From the IMG/VR virus record IMGVR_UViG_3300029267_003207: DNA of 64,000 nucleotides; one strand, given 5' to 3'. Each line of letters begins with the position of its first letter. Position 1 is the stretch's first letter. Both the position numbers and the translations under genes were made by a program. The notes below the pieces were generated by a model, which was not told the origin of the DNA, made no database searches, and saw nothing but the letters and a program-made list of their open reading frames with translations. This stretch comes from a virus (Duplodnaviria; Heunggongvirae; Uroviricota; Caudoviricetes). Positions 34,922 through 46,095 of the stretch are shown one piece after another.

Positions 34922-37900
34922 TAGTATTGATAGGGACTTGTTGGGATTACTAAATCTGTTAAACCCACACCAACGGAAAAAGATGTTCTTGGGTCTTTGA
35001 ACACTTTACTATTTATATCAACTGGCATCTCGACAATTGCATATTGAATTGGGTGACTTGATGACACATATACATTACTCACTGCTCCTTCACCAAGCTC
35101 ACTAGTGACCTCGCCCATAAAAGCTGACGAGTTGTTATCTTTCGTAAGAAGCCTGCTTCCAGACACATCATAATAGTGATCACTTGTTCCAGGAGGGGGG
35201 CTTGAATGAACAACCCATTGATCAACTGGGTCATGTGGGTTCCAGACATAATATAATTGATTCTCATAATCAACCGCTTCTCTGTAATTTGGGCCAGGAG
35301 TCATGCTGTACTTCCATTCTGACTCTGGGTCTTGTGGGTTCTTAATATAGTAAGTAGTTTCTGTGGCCTGCAACTCAGATATCATTGGATCAGTTCTTGG
35401 AGAGCCGTAGTAATCGTAGTACTCTTTAACATTCCACATAGCCCCCATCCAAATTAAGCTTGTATCTCTGTAGATTATGTCTCCATTATACATATAAACA
35501 ATCGCACCATCAGGCATTACTTGAGTAGAATACTTGTTCTGTGTGAAAATTTCAACAGCTTTATGGTAGCCATATTTTGCCACTAGTGCATCTTGAAACG
35601 CTGTTGTGGCATATGCATCTTGAACATTATCATAAAGTTCTTTGAATGTTTCAGGGAAAAGTTTTAGCTTAACTTTTACTTCACCTGTTGTCTTATTTAC
35701 CTTAACGTCAAATGTTGTGGTGCCACCAAAACTCATTTGACCCGTGCTTGTCAAGTAGTCTCTTACTTCTTTTCCATCTCCAGAGCACATTCCAGGAAGA
35801 GCCGTTCTATGGTTGGAGAAATTTTTAAACCCGCTCATAATAGTTTGGGTCACGCTTCTTGAGCCACTTTGAACTCCCTTACAGTAATAGTCGCAGCTTA
35901 TTTCTTGGCCGGTTTCATCACAGTTATATTTTTGCCCACTTAAACTTGTACAAGTATCAGTTGTTTTCCACATCATGTGTGGTAAGTCACAACAACTTTG
36001 TGTACTCTCGCTTGGAGTTGGCTGAACATCTAGAATAGCTTGCTGCCCCTTACATTTAGCGGCTAGTGCCCCAGAGTTATAATGATTACTAAGCCATTGA
36101 CTCATATTTGTTTGACAGTCTGAAAACATTTCAACTTCACAAATTAAGTCATCAGAATATATACAGCACATTGGCCCACACAGACAGTTTTGTTTCTCAC
36201 AAGGACCTTTTTGAAAACAGTATGGATAATCACAGGTAACTTTAAACACATAGTGCCAGAACCAGCAATCACCAGATTGTTCAAGTTCTTGTTCCCTATC
36301 TTCAATATCGTCTTCTGGGCGCCTATATTGAGCTTGTTGGTCATCTACATATGGCACATATGGGCGGCCGAATACATTATTACCGCTGTCAACTAGCTCC
36401 TCATCATTCGTGTCGCCACCCCCGTCGTTATAACCTCCATGCGGTATATCAAATGGATTGTCCTCATAGTCGTAACCATCTGGATCAGTTTCATCGCCCT
36501 CCCAATATCCTTCTCCTCCTATCCAACAATCTACGTCGTCAAAGTCATAAAAGAAAAATTTCCACTCTTGTATGCTATCTCCTCGATCTGATGGATATCT
36601 ATCCCAATCATAATCCCGATCATAATCCCGAGCATAATTCCCACTTATAAAAAATGGGTGTGTCGAAGGAGGAACTAATAAAGGTGTGTAATTTAAATCA
36701 AAGATTTTATTTTCAGACTTATTTGCTGGCCATGCCCAGTAGTATTCTTCATTTTCACCAAACCGTATTGGAGTCCATAAAGTTAGTGTGATACCATCAA
36801 CTTCTACACTTATGTTTGTTACAACACAGATAACATCTAACGGTTCAAAATACACTCCGTCATATATATTAAGCTTTAGGAGCGAAAGAGGTCCCTTGAA
36901 AGTGACAAATTTCCACGCGTTAGAGTCCCGTATAAACCAAAAAGTTGCACTCTTTTGTACATTGTTCTTTAAATTTAAGCAACTGTATTTGCTTTCATGC
37001 GGGATAAGACCATACTCGTCAACATTCTGCTCTATAAAGAATTTATTCTCTTTTGGGTCTGTATCTTTTCTTGGCGCATACGTATTTTTCCATGTAACTA
37101 TTTCTTTTGTACTCACTACATCGCTGGTAGTTATGTTATAGCCTTGATATATCTTAGAACTATCAATTGTAAGACAAGAGGAGGGCTTTTCAGAGAGATA
37201 ATGAATGTAAAAAGTGTTATCCCATATATTTAATGCGCACCTAGATTGATAAGCTATGTCTTTTATTAACTGGAATGCTGAGATTTTTTCTTGAAGCGTG
37301 AAACCAATTGGGTATTTTTCCAGCTTACTTTTTACATATGCAAAACTTTCTTCATCTATATTCAGGTCTGTGTACAGATTTATAATCCATTCTATAACAT
37401 CAACAGGATTCGGTCCGACATCAGATTCAAAGTCAACACAGACTTCATCTCCTAAACATTCACTTATTTGTTCCAAAGGCTTGTTAAAATGTATTTCAAC
37501 ACCTGTAAAATCACCATAATCAACTTCCCTTATCTCATAATTACTGTCTGGTATTTCTACCAATTTTCCAGGGTGTGAGCAAGTTGATTTTTTATACCCA
37601 AGAACACGGAAAACAACTCCTGGCACCAGACTCGCCAGAAAGATAGGTCCAGCACCAGCTAGTGAAAAAGAACTACCAGCCGGCGCAGTAAACCGACCTG
37701 CTATTTTCATATTGTAATATTCAGTTACAGTTCTATCAGCAGCTAGAATTTGCGTAATTAAATTATGGTGATTCACCGATTCTACTAACTGGTAGTAGAC
37801 TCCAAGCGCCTCCAAGTCATCTGTTACTTTAGGAAGTACATAATTATAGTTTGGTTTTCCGGTATCTAAATTAAGAAGATATGAATTTTTTGTCTCTGTC

Positions 37901-38934
37901 ATCCAGCAATCATTAGAGTCTTGACAAAAGTCATAAATGTCTGAAATTAGTTTATTGGCTTTTTGGTATTCGGTTCCATAGTAGGTGTAAGCTTGTGGTA
38001 CTTCTACTTCACACCCCTTTTCAAGATCAAAAGGATCAACAAATTGAACTTCGACTGGAGGCAGTTCTTTACTTTGAACTTCACCAAGGTAATTTTTAAG
38101 CGGATGTACTCGCCCCTGAATAGTGAATGTATTCCCAGAGAAGTATCCTTGAAATATTCCACCTTCTATGTTTATTTCATAGGGAGTGTTTTGTGGAAAA
38201 TTCTGACCATTGGTAACTTCAAAACTTTTATGCTCTTGACTTTTTTGCTCTTGTAAAGAGTATTCAAGCTTACAGTATTCATTTTCTCTGGCCTCTAAAC
38301 ACGCTACGTCTAAAGAAGCCATTGTTCCTTCTCCATAGGCGCGTGTTTGAACATAGGGACAGGCAATTTCTTTAACCTGCTCCATTCTCGGTTCTAAAGT
38401 ATAATCAGCTATAGCTTCGTCAGATTCCAATATGCCTATTATTGAACTACTTAATTTAACACAGGGGCTGCCACTTACTGTGCCGAATATCAATGGCCAA
38501 AATTTATCAAGTTTGGAATTCTTTATTTCAGGAAAAATATCAACAGCAGAGGGGTCAATTATGTGGTCATCATACTGTGAGAAAACAGTGAAATTTAGAA
38601 CCTTGTTTCTATACTCAATTGGTGACGATATTTTTCCAGTGCCAATAAATTCTCTCTGATCTTTAACTTTTAGATACAAGTCAACTCTTGCGCCGATAAT
38701 CTTTCTGTCTCGGAAAAAATCTGGTTCAAGGTTCAATGAAATATCACAAGAGAAACTTCCACCCGGTATGATATCATTTTCAACCCAATCCACCCTAATT
38801 TCTGACACAAAATCCGAGTCGCTGTATGAAGTCACCCCATCGTCCCAGTGAATATCAAAAGCATAACTTACATCTAAGGCTTGCTTTTTACTTATGTATC
38901 GTTCGAAATCAGAAGATAGAGGTCTCATTACCAC
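34921..38934 (-). CDS. large tail/baseplate structural protein (paralogue A, 1337 aa)
   Basis: Shares extended blocks with the 990-aa protein, e.g. FSGNTFTIQGRVHP vs FSGNTFHITNRIHP and VDVIEWIINLY..DIAYQSRC vs IDVIEWLVENF..DIAYQVRC. It also carries a Cys-rich C-terminal region. Confidence 0.5.
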   Translation of the reverse strand: MVMRPLSSDFERYISKKQALDVSYAFDIHWDDGVTSYSDSDFVSEIRVDWVENDIIPGGSFSCDISLNLEPDFFRDRKIIGARVDLYLKVKDQREFIGTGKISSPIEYRNKVLNFTVFSQYDDHIIDPSAVDIFPEIKNSKLDKFWPLIFGTVSGSPCVKLSSSIIGILESDEAIADYTLEPRMEQVKEIACPYVQTRAYGEGTMASLDVACLEARENEYCKLEYSLQEQKSQEHKSFEVTNGQNFPQNTPYEINIEGGIFQGYFSGNTFTIQGRVHPLKNYLGEVQSKELPPVEVQFVDPFDLEKGCEVEVPQAYTYYGTEYQKANKLISDIYDFCQDSNDCWMTETKNSYLLNLDTGKPNYNYVLPKVTDDLEALGVYYQLVESVNHHNLITQILAADRTVTEYYNMKIAGRFTAPAGSSFSLAGAGPIFLASLVPGVVFRVLGYKKSTCSHPGKLVEIPDSNYEIREVDYGDFTGVEIHFNKPLEQISECLGDEVCVDFESDVGPNPVDVIEWIINLYTDLNIDEESFAYVKSKLEKYPIGFTLQEKISAFQLIKDIAYQSRCALNIWDNTFYIHYLSEKPSSCLTIDSSKIYQGYNITTSDVVSTKEIVTWKNTYAPRKDTDPKENKFFIEQNVDEYGLIPHESKYSCLNLKNNVQKSATFWFIRDSNAWKFVTFKGPLSLLKLNIYDGVYFEPLDVICVVTNISVEVDGITLTLWTPIRFGENEEYYWAWPANKSENKIFDLNYTPLLVPPSTHPFFISGNYARDYDRDYDWDRYPSDRGDSIQEWKFFFYDFDDVDCWIGGEGYWEGDETDPDGYDYEDNPFDIPHGGYNDGGGDTNDEELVDSGNNVFGRPYVPYVDDQQAQYRRPEDDIEDREQELEQSGDCWFWHYVFKVTCDYPYCFQKGPCEKQNCLCGPMCCIYSDDLICEVEMFSDCQTNMSQWLSNHYNSGALAAKCKGQQAILDVQPTPSESTQSCCDLPHMMWKTTDTCTSLSGQKYNCDETGQEISCDYYCKGVQSGSRSVTQTIMSGFKNFSNHRTALPGMCSGDGKEVRDYLTSTGQMSFGGTTTFDVKVNKTTGEVKVKLKLFPETFKELYDNVQDAYATTAFQDALVAKYGYHKAVEIFTQNKYSTQVMPDGAIVYMYNGDIIYRDTSLIWMGAMWNVKEYYDYYGSPRTDPMISELQATETTYYIKNPQDPESEWKYSMTPGPNYREAVDYENQLYYVWNPHDPVDQWVVHSSPPPGTSDHYYDVSGSRLLTKDNNSSAFMGEVTSELGEGAVSNVYVSSSHPIQYAIVEMPVDINSKVFKDPRTSFSVGVGLTDLVIPTSPYQY

Positions 38935-39716
38935 TTTCCTTTGGGGCAGTGTTCGGTGGCCATTTTTATTTTATTCGTAACAGCCACACCTTTGTTTGCC
39001 AGCCGACAACCACAAACTAGGCATCGCCCGTCTTTAAAGAATTCACAGGATTTACATATATCAAAAATTCTTTCCACTTCTTCTTTTGGTCGAGAGTCCA
39101 TTCCGCCTGTCACCCACTTATATAAGGCTTTCGAATAATTTTTAACCTGTGAATCCAGAGATGGAAAAGATTCTGGAACCTTCTCATTTTCTTGTTTGAG
39201 CTTTTCTCTGAGTTCGTTAGTTTTCTTCTCTAACTCTTTTGATTGCTCGTCCCTAATTTTTTCCAGGACTTCTTCTTTTTTTATTTCTTTGTCAGCAGCT
39301 TCATTATTGATTTTTTCCAGTTGCTTAAAACATTTCGCGCACTCTTCATATGTGACTTGCTTATTTTTTTCGCCGCAGAAAACTATAGGAGCGAAAACAC
39401 CGTCTCTTCTTATGGTGTTATTAGTAAAAGCTTGAGGGCATTCAGGCCAAATATTTTTGAAACCTTTTTCAGTCTCCTGAAAGCCTTCTGGACAAGGACC
39501 ACCATAAACAAGAAGGCCTTGCTCCATTTTGACTGAACAAGGTTTTTGACGCCTACAATTTGTTTCCCGTCTCATTTGTTTTAATGGGCAGTTCGAGCAG
39601 TCGTCTTCGGTCACTTCTTTTCTGTAATTATCACATAAACAGTTTGTACATTTAAAAAAAGTGTAGATTTCACCCTTTGTATGTTTTGTGATTTTTTGTC
39701 GTTTAGTACAATTCAT
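38928..39716 (-). CDS. Cys-rich coiled-coil protein lying between the two giant tail paralogues
   Basis: Many CxxC pairs at both ends and a central K/E coiled coil. Confidence 0.4.
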   Translation of the reverse strand: MNCTKRQKITKHTKGEIYTFFKCTNCLCDNYRKEVTEDDCSNCPLKQMRRETNCRRQKPCSVKMEQGLLVYGGPCPEGFQETEKGFKNIWPECPQAFTNNTIRRDGVFAPIVFCGEKNKQVTYEECAKCFKQLEKINNEAADKEIKKEEVLEKIRDEQSKELEKKTNELREKLKQENEKVPESFPSLDSQVKNYSKALYKWVTGGMDSRPKEEVERIFDICKSCEFFKDGRCLVCGCRLANKGVAVTNKIKMATEHCPKGKW

Positions 39717-42685
39717 ATCAATAAGGCCTTTGTTGCTTCATAAAAATAATAAGCTTCGGTTGAATCAGGATCACTACAGTCCACCCCGTCTCGATTATTT
39801 AGAATAGTTGGAGAAGCATCAATTGCTACAGGTTGAAATACGCCTATCTCATAGCGACCGCCGTCCAATTTCAAGTTATCTATTTCTTGTTTTCTTTTAG
39901 TTATAAAATATTCAGCACCTTTTAAGTTCATAAACTTATGGCAAAATGAATACTCAGTACCTTCACAGGGCATCCCAGTTCCTGTTGTCTTACAGGCTTG
40001 ACCCGGTTTTGCAACTTGTGACGGTACAATATAATTAACTCTTACGTCAAAAGTACAAGGTAAGTTATCTATTGGAACTCCAACACCAGGAGAATTAGGT
40101 TTATTCTGAATTAGCTGCTTGTAGGCATATAAATTAGGGATATTTGGTTTCATACTATTGACAAAAGACTCAGTAGCAAATGATGCCACTATGCTTGCAT
40201 AATTTATCGGCGTGGCATAGGTTGATCCAGCATAATAGCAAGTTATTTCAGGGTAGGCGTCGCCTATATCTGATGGATATGGATCGCCGTGAGAAAGTAT
40301 GAAAGATGACCCAGAGTCGTAGAAAATATGTGTTTCTGGAACACTAATATCTATTGTTGAGCCAGCATCTTCCCCTTCTAATGGGAATCTTGCCTTAGCT
40401 GGTTTGTTTGATGGCCAGTACCAATAATATTCAGATGATTCGCCTTCTTTTACCGGGGTCCTTAACTCCACTTCTACTTCATTATTTTCATAGTCAAATA
40501 CTGTGTTTTCAACGATGCAGATGATTTCGTCTTCGCTAAAATCCTTCAAGTTTACAAGAACACTGTCTCCATGTTCAAGTAGTAGGAATTCAATCGGACC
40601 TTTGAATTTTAATGTCTTATAAACATTTGCTTTTCGGATTAACCAAAAAGTAGATGTTTTTAAGCATGATTGAAAATCATTTAATACATAGTAATCAAAA
40701 GACTCCGGATATGGCCCATACGTCGATAAATTATGTTTTAACGTGAAATTTAACTGGGTTCCAGATGCTGGATTATACGTAGGACGGTCCGTTCCAGTAA
40801 CGTAGTTTGATGCCAAATCAAATGAGGCATCTTCATATGCCCAATTGACAGTATAATCTGTTATCAAATCATTGGTATCTATTAAGCCAATAATTAAAGA
40901 GTCTGTTTTAACCTTGCTAGAGTCTATTGTCACCACTGGGTTAGGTTTTAGAGGGAGATAAGTTATGTATAGTTTATTCCCTTTGAGCATTATTTCACAC
41001 CTAACTTGATAGGCTATATCGCTGAGGAGGGTCCACAGATCTTTTTGAGACTGCAACGCAAAGTTTACTGGATAGTTATCTAAGTAAGGACGCACAAAAG
41101 AGAATGAGTCTTCGTCGATTTCGTAGCTTGAGAAGTTTTCAACCAACCACTCTATAACATCTATAGCATGTGGACCAATATCTGAAGTAAAAGATACAAA
41201 TATATCGTCTTTCCAAATCTGACTTATTTCGCTTAGCTTTCGAGGCATTTTGATTTCAACAGCAGTGAAAGCTCCATAATCGGTTTCTTGTATTTCATAG
41301 TAACTTTCTGGAACTTCTACTAACTTATCTGTATTAGCAGCATTATAGTGTTTATAAGCCAACACGGCGTCCACCGTACCAGGAACGATACTCACTATGT
41401 ATATTAAATCACTTTTGGTCGTAGATAAAACAAATTCACCTGGGTCGGCCACGAATTCAGACCCTCTGTTCATCGAGTAAAAGTATCTCCATGAGTCTTC
41501 TGAACCTCCGCCAAACCCATATGTGGCAGAAATATCGCTGGTCTTATCTTCGCAATTATAGTCTCCTGGTAAGGTTGCGGAAAGATTGCATGAACATACC
41601 GTTGAAGAAACTGGCAAAGCACTATTACCCGCATCTAAACCTTGCACACCTTTGTATACTAAAGCCTCTCCTGCAAAACTATATATGGGATCACTAGTAA
41701 GAAGTTCAGTTTTGGGGTGAATTCTATTTGTTATATGGAATGTGTTTCCTGAAAACCAGCCATTAAAAATAGCATCCCGGATTCTAAAAGATAATACCGA
41801 TCTTTGTGTGAATTTTATGCCATTGTATACAGTTAATGTGTCGGTGAGATTTTCTTCTTGTTCCGCTATATCTGTCATAATGGAACAGATTTCCTTGTAT
41901 CTTTTCTCAACACAAGTTGGGTTTGGGGAATACATAGCAACTGAGTCCGTGTTACTTGTCAAAGCACCCCAAGATGGAGAAATGTATACAGATTCGTCCG
42001 GGACCTCTGGTAAGGCCTCTACTTTTTTTGTGACAACACTTTCAGCCACTAGCGTTTTAGGACATAAGAGATTTTTAGCTTGCTCTAGTCTTCTATACAG
42101 AGAAGGGTCAGGTATTGTTGCCTTAGTTTCTAGTACACCATATAATGGACAACGTAGGGCGATTGTTTTTTCTCGACATACACTTCCAAACATCATTGGC
42201 CAAAATTGGCCGGATTGATTACCTGTCAAGTCCCCAAAATATCCTTCATCTGTTGTAAATCCAACAGGCTCTTTTTTGACGTCCGTCATAATCTGGACGG
42301 TCAAAGTTTTCTGTGTTGTATCGTACTCAATAGGAGCCGACAAGTTTCCAGAGAAGATTAAAAATTTATCGTTTACTGAAACTTTACTAAAACATTGATA
42401 TACATTGCACTTACATAAATAAAAGTTTGTATTGTCTAGGTGATGCTTAAATTCCTCTGAGGCATCATCGAATGTTACAGTGAGAGATTTTGCACTTCCA
42501 GACCCAACTGTTTTAGTGTAATCACTTAGACCACTAACCGATAAAATATTGGGCCTAACACCAGGAATATTTTTGTCGGCGAATAGGACTTCTCTACCGG
42601 CCAGGAATACTCCAATAACTATGACTGGTTCTGAACTTTGTTTGGAGTGCAGATACCTATTCATTGTGTCTGTTACATTTCGCAT
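39713..42685 (-). CDS. large tail/baseplate structural protein (paralogue B, 990 aa)
   Basis: See paralogue A; the conserved blocks span about 300 aa. Confidence 0.5.
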   Translation of the reverse strand: MRNVTDTMNRYLHSKQSSEPVIVIGVFLAGREVLFADKNIPGVRPNILSVSGLSDYTKTVGSGSAKSLTVTFDDASEEFKHHLDNTNFYLCKCNVYQCFSKVSVNDKFLIFSGNLSAPIEYDTTQKTLTVQIMTDVKKEPVGFTTDEGYFGDLTGNQSGQFWPMMFGSVCREKTIALRCPLYGVLETKATIPDPSLYRRLEQAKNLLCPKTLVAESVVTKKVEALPEVPDESVYISPSWGALTSNTDSVAMYSPNPTCVEKRYKEICSIMTDIAEQEENLTDTLTVYNGIKFTQRSVLSFRIRDAIFNGWFSGNTFHITNRIHPKTELLTSDPIYSFAGEALVYKGVQGLDAGNSALPVSSTVCSCNLSATLPGDYNCEDKTSDISATYGFGGGSEDSWRYFYSMNRGSEFVADPGEFVLSTTKSDLIYIVSIVPGTVDAVLAYKHYNAANTDKLVEVPESYYEIQETDYGAFTAVEIKMPRKLSEISQIWKDDIFVSFTSDIGPHAIDVIEWLVENFSSYEIDEDSFSFVRPYLDNYPVNFALQSQKDLWTLLSDIAYQVRCEIMLKGNKLYITYLPLKPNPVVTIDSSKVKTDSLIIGLIDTNDLITDYTVNWAYEDASFDLASNYVTGTDRPTYNPASGTQLNFTLKHNLSTYGPYPESFDYYVLNDFQSCLKTSTFWLIRKANVYKTLKFKGPIEFLLLEHGDSVLVNLKDFSEDEIICIVENTVFDYENNEVEVELRTPVKEGESSEYYWYWPSNKPAKARFPLEGEDAGSTIDISVPETHIFYDSGSSFILSHGDPYPSDIGDAYPEITCYYAGSTYATPINYASIVASFATESFVNSMKPNIPNLYAYKQLIQNKPNSPGVGVPIDNLPCTFDVRVNYIVPSQVAKPGQACKTTGTGMPCEGTEYSFCHKFMNLKGAEYFITKRKQEIDNLKLDGGRYEIGVFQPVAIDASPTILNNRDGVDCSDPDSTEAYYFYEATKALLI

Positions 42686-43062
42686 TATATTTCCTCTATC
42701 TCAACTGTAGCTTGCACATATTCATTTCCTGGAGAACCATGTGCGGCGCCTATTGTAGAAAATTCAAACGGGTTGTTTCTCAAGTACCCTATAATTTCGA
42801 GATCACCCCAATAAGCTTTTATTTTTCCTGTTGAATAGTGCCTATAAAATTCTAACAACTCCATACTTTTATTTCTAGTTAAATGAAAATCCCAAAGATA
42901 AAGTTTTTTCTTATCTTTCTTTTTAACAAAAGTATAGAGCGTACCATCTAGAGAACGGAAAGATTGCATCTCTGCCCTAAGACGTTTAGAATCACTAAAT
43001 CGTGGATTAGGAAGCAAAATAGTTGTTTTAGGCAGAAGAAAAGGTGCTACTAGTCTTACCAT
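42685..43062 (-). CDS. hypothetical tail-associated protein
   Basis: 125-aa ORF within the tail-tip operon. Confidence 0.35.
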   Translation of the reverse strand: MVRLVAPFLLPKTTILLPNPRFSDSKRLRAEMQSFRSLDGTLYTFVKKKDKKKLYLWDFHLTRNKSMELLEFYRHYSTGKIKAYWGDLEIIGYLRNNPFEFSTIGAAHGSPGNEYVQATVEIEEI

Positions 43063-43065
43063 AAT

Positions 43066-45045
43066 TTATGTCGGTATTTGATATACCGTTAGAATTAGTT
43101 CTTGTTCTATACCTAGTTGTTCGATTAGCATCGGATGCAGCAAGGATGTGACTTCATCAGATAAGTCAATAGTATCAGAGACGCTTCTAACTGCATCTAG
43201 TGTTATATTTGTTTCATCGAGTATATTTGCTGTAGAGGTAGATTCTGGGCCGCGGTCAATTATAGTACTAGGATCACTGGCCATGTTCAAATCTTGATTT
43301 ATTGAACGGCCATGATCTATAATTGTGCTTACTTCATCTGTTATATTGGCGTCATTGTCGACTAATCTTACTCTTAATACTTCAATTTCTTCTGACAAAT
43401 TAACAGTTGAACTACTTTCTTCATCAAGCGTCAAATCGTATCTATCTGATATAATTGTGACATATGAGATTGCAGACCTAGCCAAGTCTCGTGTGACTGT
43501 TACTTCATCTGTTATATTTACAGTGTCTAGAATCCACTTTGCTATTTCGTAATCAGTTGATTCAGTTAATGCTACGGATTGAACAGAGGCAGAGTCACCT
43601 CTCTTTTCTCCTTCAAATTGAAATGAGACCGTATATCCCCTTCTACCGTCTTCTATTACTGGTTCTTCAGGGTTAGTTATCAACCCTCTCCAGATGTATC
43701 CGTTCCAGTCACCTAAATTTATTTCTTTGCCCATTGTTTCATAGACAAAATCTTGAAAGGCGTCAGCTTCAGTAGCTGAAAGACCAATAAAAGTCACAAC
43801 AAGAGTTTGAATCTTTGGCCATATTTCATTAGCGTAGACAGAAATAGACCCACCTCTTGTCTCCTTATATGACCTAGTACAAGTATATCTAGAAATATCA
43901 TCTATTTCTGGCGCCCGAAGAACTATTTGATTTAGAGGGTATTCAATATTCGGCCAAGCTAGAACTACACGGTTGCTACTAGCATCTCTCTGTAGTGGCT
44001 TAATAGTTAATCTAAAAGGATTGGTTGCGTCCTCACCACAGAAAGGGTTGTATTCTCTTAGAACGCAAGACTTATTTGGTGTGTAAAATGTTAAGGCACT
44101 TAAATTTTCAATTTCTGAAGTTAGGCTTCTATTGAAAGTAAAATTAGCTGAAATTGTCTGCTGCAACCCTAATTCATTAGACGCATTCTTCGCCTTAGCT
44201 CCTATGACGTTATGCGTTAGACCTAAATTTGTTATTGGCCACCAGCGTCTAACTGCCTCGTCAGTAAGATTAAGAGTGTCAGTGAAACTAGGCTCAATTG
44301 GAGTTCCAGAGCGTAGGTCTAATTCAGTTTCTACTGAATAATTTTGAACTGCGTGTTGTACAAAAACATCAGAGTCGAAACGAATATAGTGGCCAACTGT
44401 TCCTCTATAAGGGTAACGAATTTCAACATTATCAGTTAAATTTAAATCAGTCCCTGGAAATCTTTTTGTTCCAAGATCAAAAAGAGCTTGATCCGTCAAA
44501 GTCATGACGCTTCCCATTGGAATCCCGCCACGAACTTGTTCTACTACAGCAGATTGACCTATATTGATCGTACTGGATATGTTGAATTCATACAAAGCCA
44601 CAATAGAATCTGTTAAATTTATTGTGCTTGACGCTGAGAAACTTCTTTCTTTTTGGTGTGATACATTTGTACTCAATTCAAGAGAAGAGATAGAGTGGTA
44701 ATTGAACGGGACATCTTTTTGTGTCGCATCCGCAATACCTAACGTATCAGTAATTGAAGTCTCAAGTTCAAAATTCAACCCTTGTGAAAGATTTATAGAA
44801 CTACTAGCAGGGTTGATTTTTTCAACAGTGTTACTATCTGATATATTAAGACTATCAGTTACACTTGTCTCATATTCAAAGAGATATGAGTCTGAAAGAT
44901 TAAGAGTAGAGTTTACAGTTTTCTCAATATCGGTGCCACTTGAATTAGCTGTAAGTAGCTCAATATATTGCTGGCTAACCCTAGCCTTACTAGGATTCTG
45001 TGCTAAAATTTCAATATACTGTTGAGAAACGCGAGCATTACTCAT
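43066..45045 (-). CDS. repetitive tail-fibre-like protein
   Basis: Degenerate LNLSD / LNISD / INLTD repeats, then TIIDxG repeats, and an N-terminal duplicated ARVSQQYIEIL segment. Confidence 0.4.
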   Translation of the reverse strand: MSNARVSQQYIEILAQNPSKARVSQQYIELLTANSSGTDIEKTVNSTLNLSDSYLFEYETSVTDSLNISDSNTVEKINPASSSINLSQGLNFELETSITDTLGIADATQKDVPFNYHSISSLELSTNVSHQKERSFSASSTINLTDSIVALYEFNISSTINIGQSAVVEQVRGGIPMGSVMTLTDQALFDLGTKRFPGTDLNLTDNVEIRYPYRGTVGHYIRFDSDVFVQHAVQNYSVETELDLRSGTPIEPSFTDTLNLTDEAVRRWWPITNLGLTHNVIGAKAKNASNELGLQQTISANFTFNRSLTSEIENLSALTFYTPNKSCVLREYNPFCGEDATNPFRLTIKPLQRDASSNRVVLAWPNIEYPLNQIVLRAPEIDDISRYTCTRSYKETRGGSISVYANEIWPKIQTLVVTFIGLSATEADAFQDFVYETMGKEINLGDWNGYIWRGLITNPEEPVIEDGRRGYTVSFQFEGEKRGDSASVQSVALTESTDYEIAKWILDTVNITDEVTVTRDLARSAISYVTIISDRYDLTLDEESSSTVNLSEEIEVLRVRLVDNDANITDEVSTIIDHGRSINQDLNMASDPSTIIDRGPESTSTANILDETNITLDAVRSVSDTIDLSDEVTSLLHPMLIEQLGIEQELILTVYQIPT

Positions 45046-46070
45046 ACTATTTCAAACCCAAATTTAGCAGAATTAACACCTGACTGAGTCCAAGCGCTAG
45101 ATGTATCTGGGTCCTCTTCTAGAATTTCCAGGCCTGAATTATAGACTGCCCCAAGAGTATAATTTGCACCTGTCTCCACTGTCCCATTTGAATCTACCAC
45201 TGTCCTAATATCAATAGAGTTTGTATCTGTTTTTTTAGCAGCTGTTATTATACTCAATCCACGAATAGTGTTTGCATCAGATGTATTATCATAAGTAAAT
45301 AAGTCACGATTACCAGAAGTACTGTCTTCTACATAAGTTGAATCACCATCAAATGGGGCGTCATCGACCAAAGCATAGTGATCATTACCCGTACTCAAAG
45401 TTGCAAAATTGCAGGAGTCATCTCCGTCTGGTTGGATTGTTATAATCTTGGCATCGCCAATAAAGTCATTATTAACATTACCGGTTGCGTCCATTATATA
45501 CAGATCATCAAACCAAAAATCCGGCGTACTGTAACCACCCACGTTTCTAAGTTTGAACTGATTGTAATAAGTAGCACTTCCATCTTGTGTGTCGCCGTTC
45601 CCGCTAATCCAGACATCCCCGTTCACCTTTACTGTGTAGGCTTCATTAGCCCCGACTGTAAACTTCCATTCTATAAAGTACCAGGTATCGGCCAAAAAAG
45701 TATTGCTGCTTGTATCAAGAGTTGAACCACCAACATTGATTGTAAGATTACTATTGGGTGTGACTTCTAGGCCTATAATATCGCTTCCATTATTAAAAGC
45801 TATAATAGCACCATCATCATTTGCCATAGGGGAAATATCGTCTGTTTTGAAAGCTATTCCGCAAATTAGCGTGTCGTTGGTTGTATCTAGCGCTGGAGAA
45901 GTAATTGGCTCATATGCAGTTGTGATTTTAAGCGAGTTTCCAGATAATCTACCTGTATCATCATCCATGAGAAGGTTTCCAACAGAGTAACCCCTAGCCG
46001 ACAATGAGTCTCCAATAGCAGCATCGGTGGCTCCATATAGATCAAAACCATCAGTCCAGAGTAATGACAT
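45042..46070 (-). CDS. tail-tip protein (lectin/jelly-roll-like composition)
   Basis: G/S/T/N/D-rich sequence, with ATGA coupling to the downstream gene. Confidence 0.4.
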   Translation of the reverse strand: MSLLWTDGFDLYGATDAAIGDSLSARGYSVGNLLMDDDTGRLSGNSLKITTAYEPITSPALDTTNDTLICGIAFKTDDISPMANDDGAIIAFNNGSDIIGLEVTPNSNLTINVGGSTLDTSSNTFLADTWYFIEWKFTVGANEAYTVKVNGDVWISGNGDTQDGSATYYNQFKLRNVGGYSTPDFWFDDLYIMDATGNVNNDFIGDAKIITIQPDGDDSCNFATLSTGNDHYALVDDAPFDGDSTYVEDSTSGNRDLFTYDNTSDANTIRGLSIITAAKKTDTNSIDIRTVVDSNGTVETGANYTLGAVYNSGLEILEEDPDTSSAWTQSGVNSAKFGFEIV

Positions 46071-46095
46071 GATATAACCTTAATAAGAAGACTAA

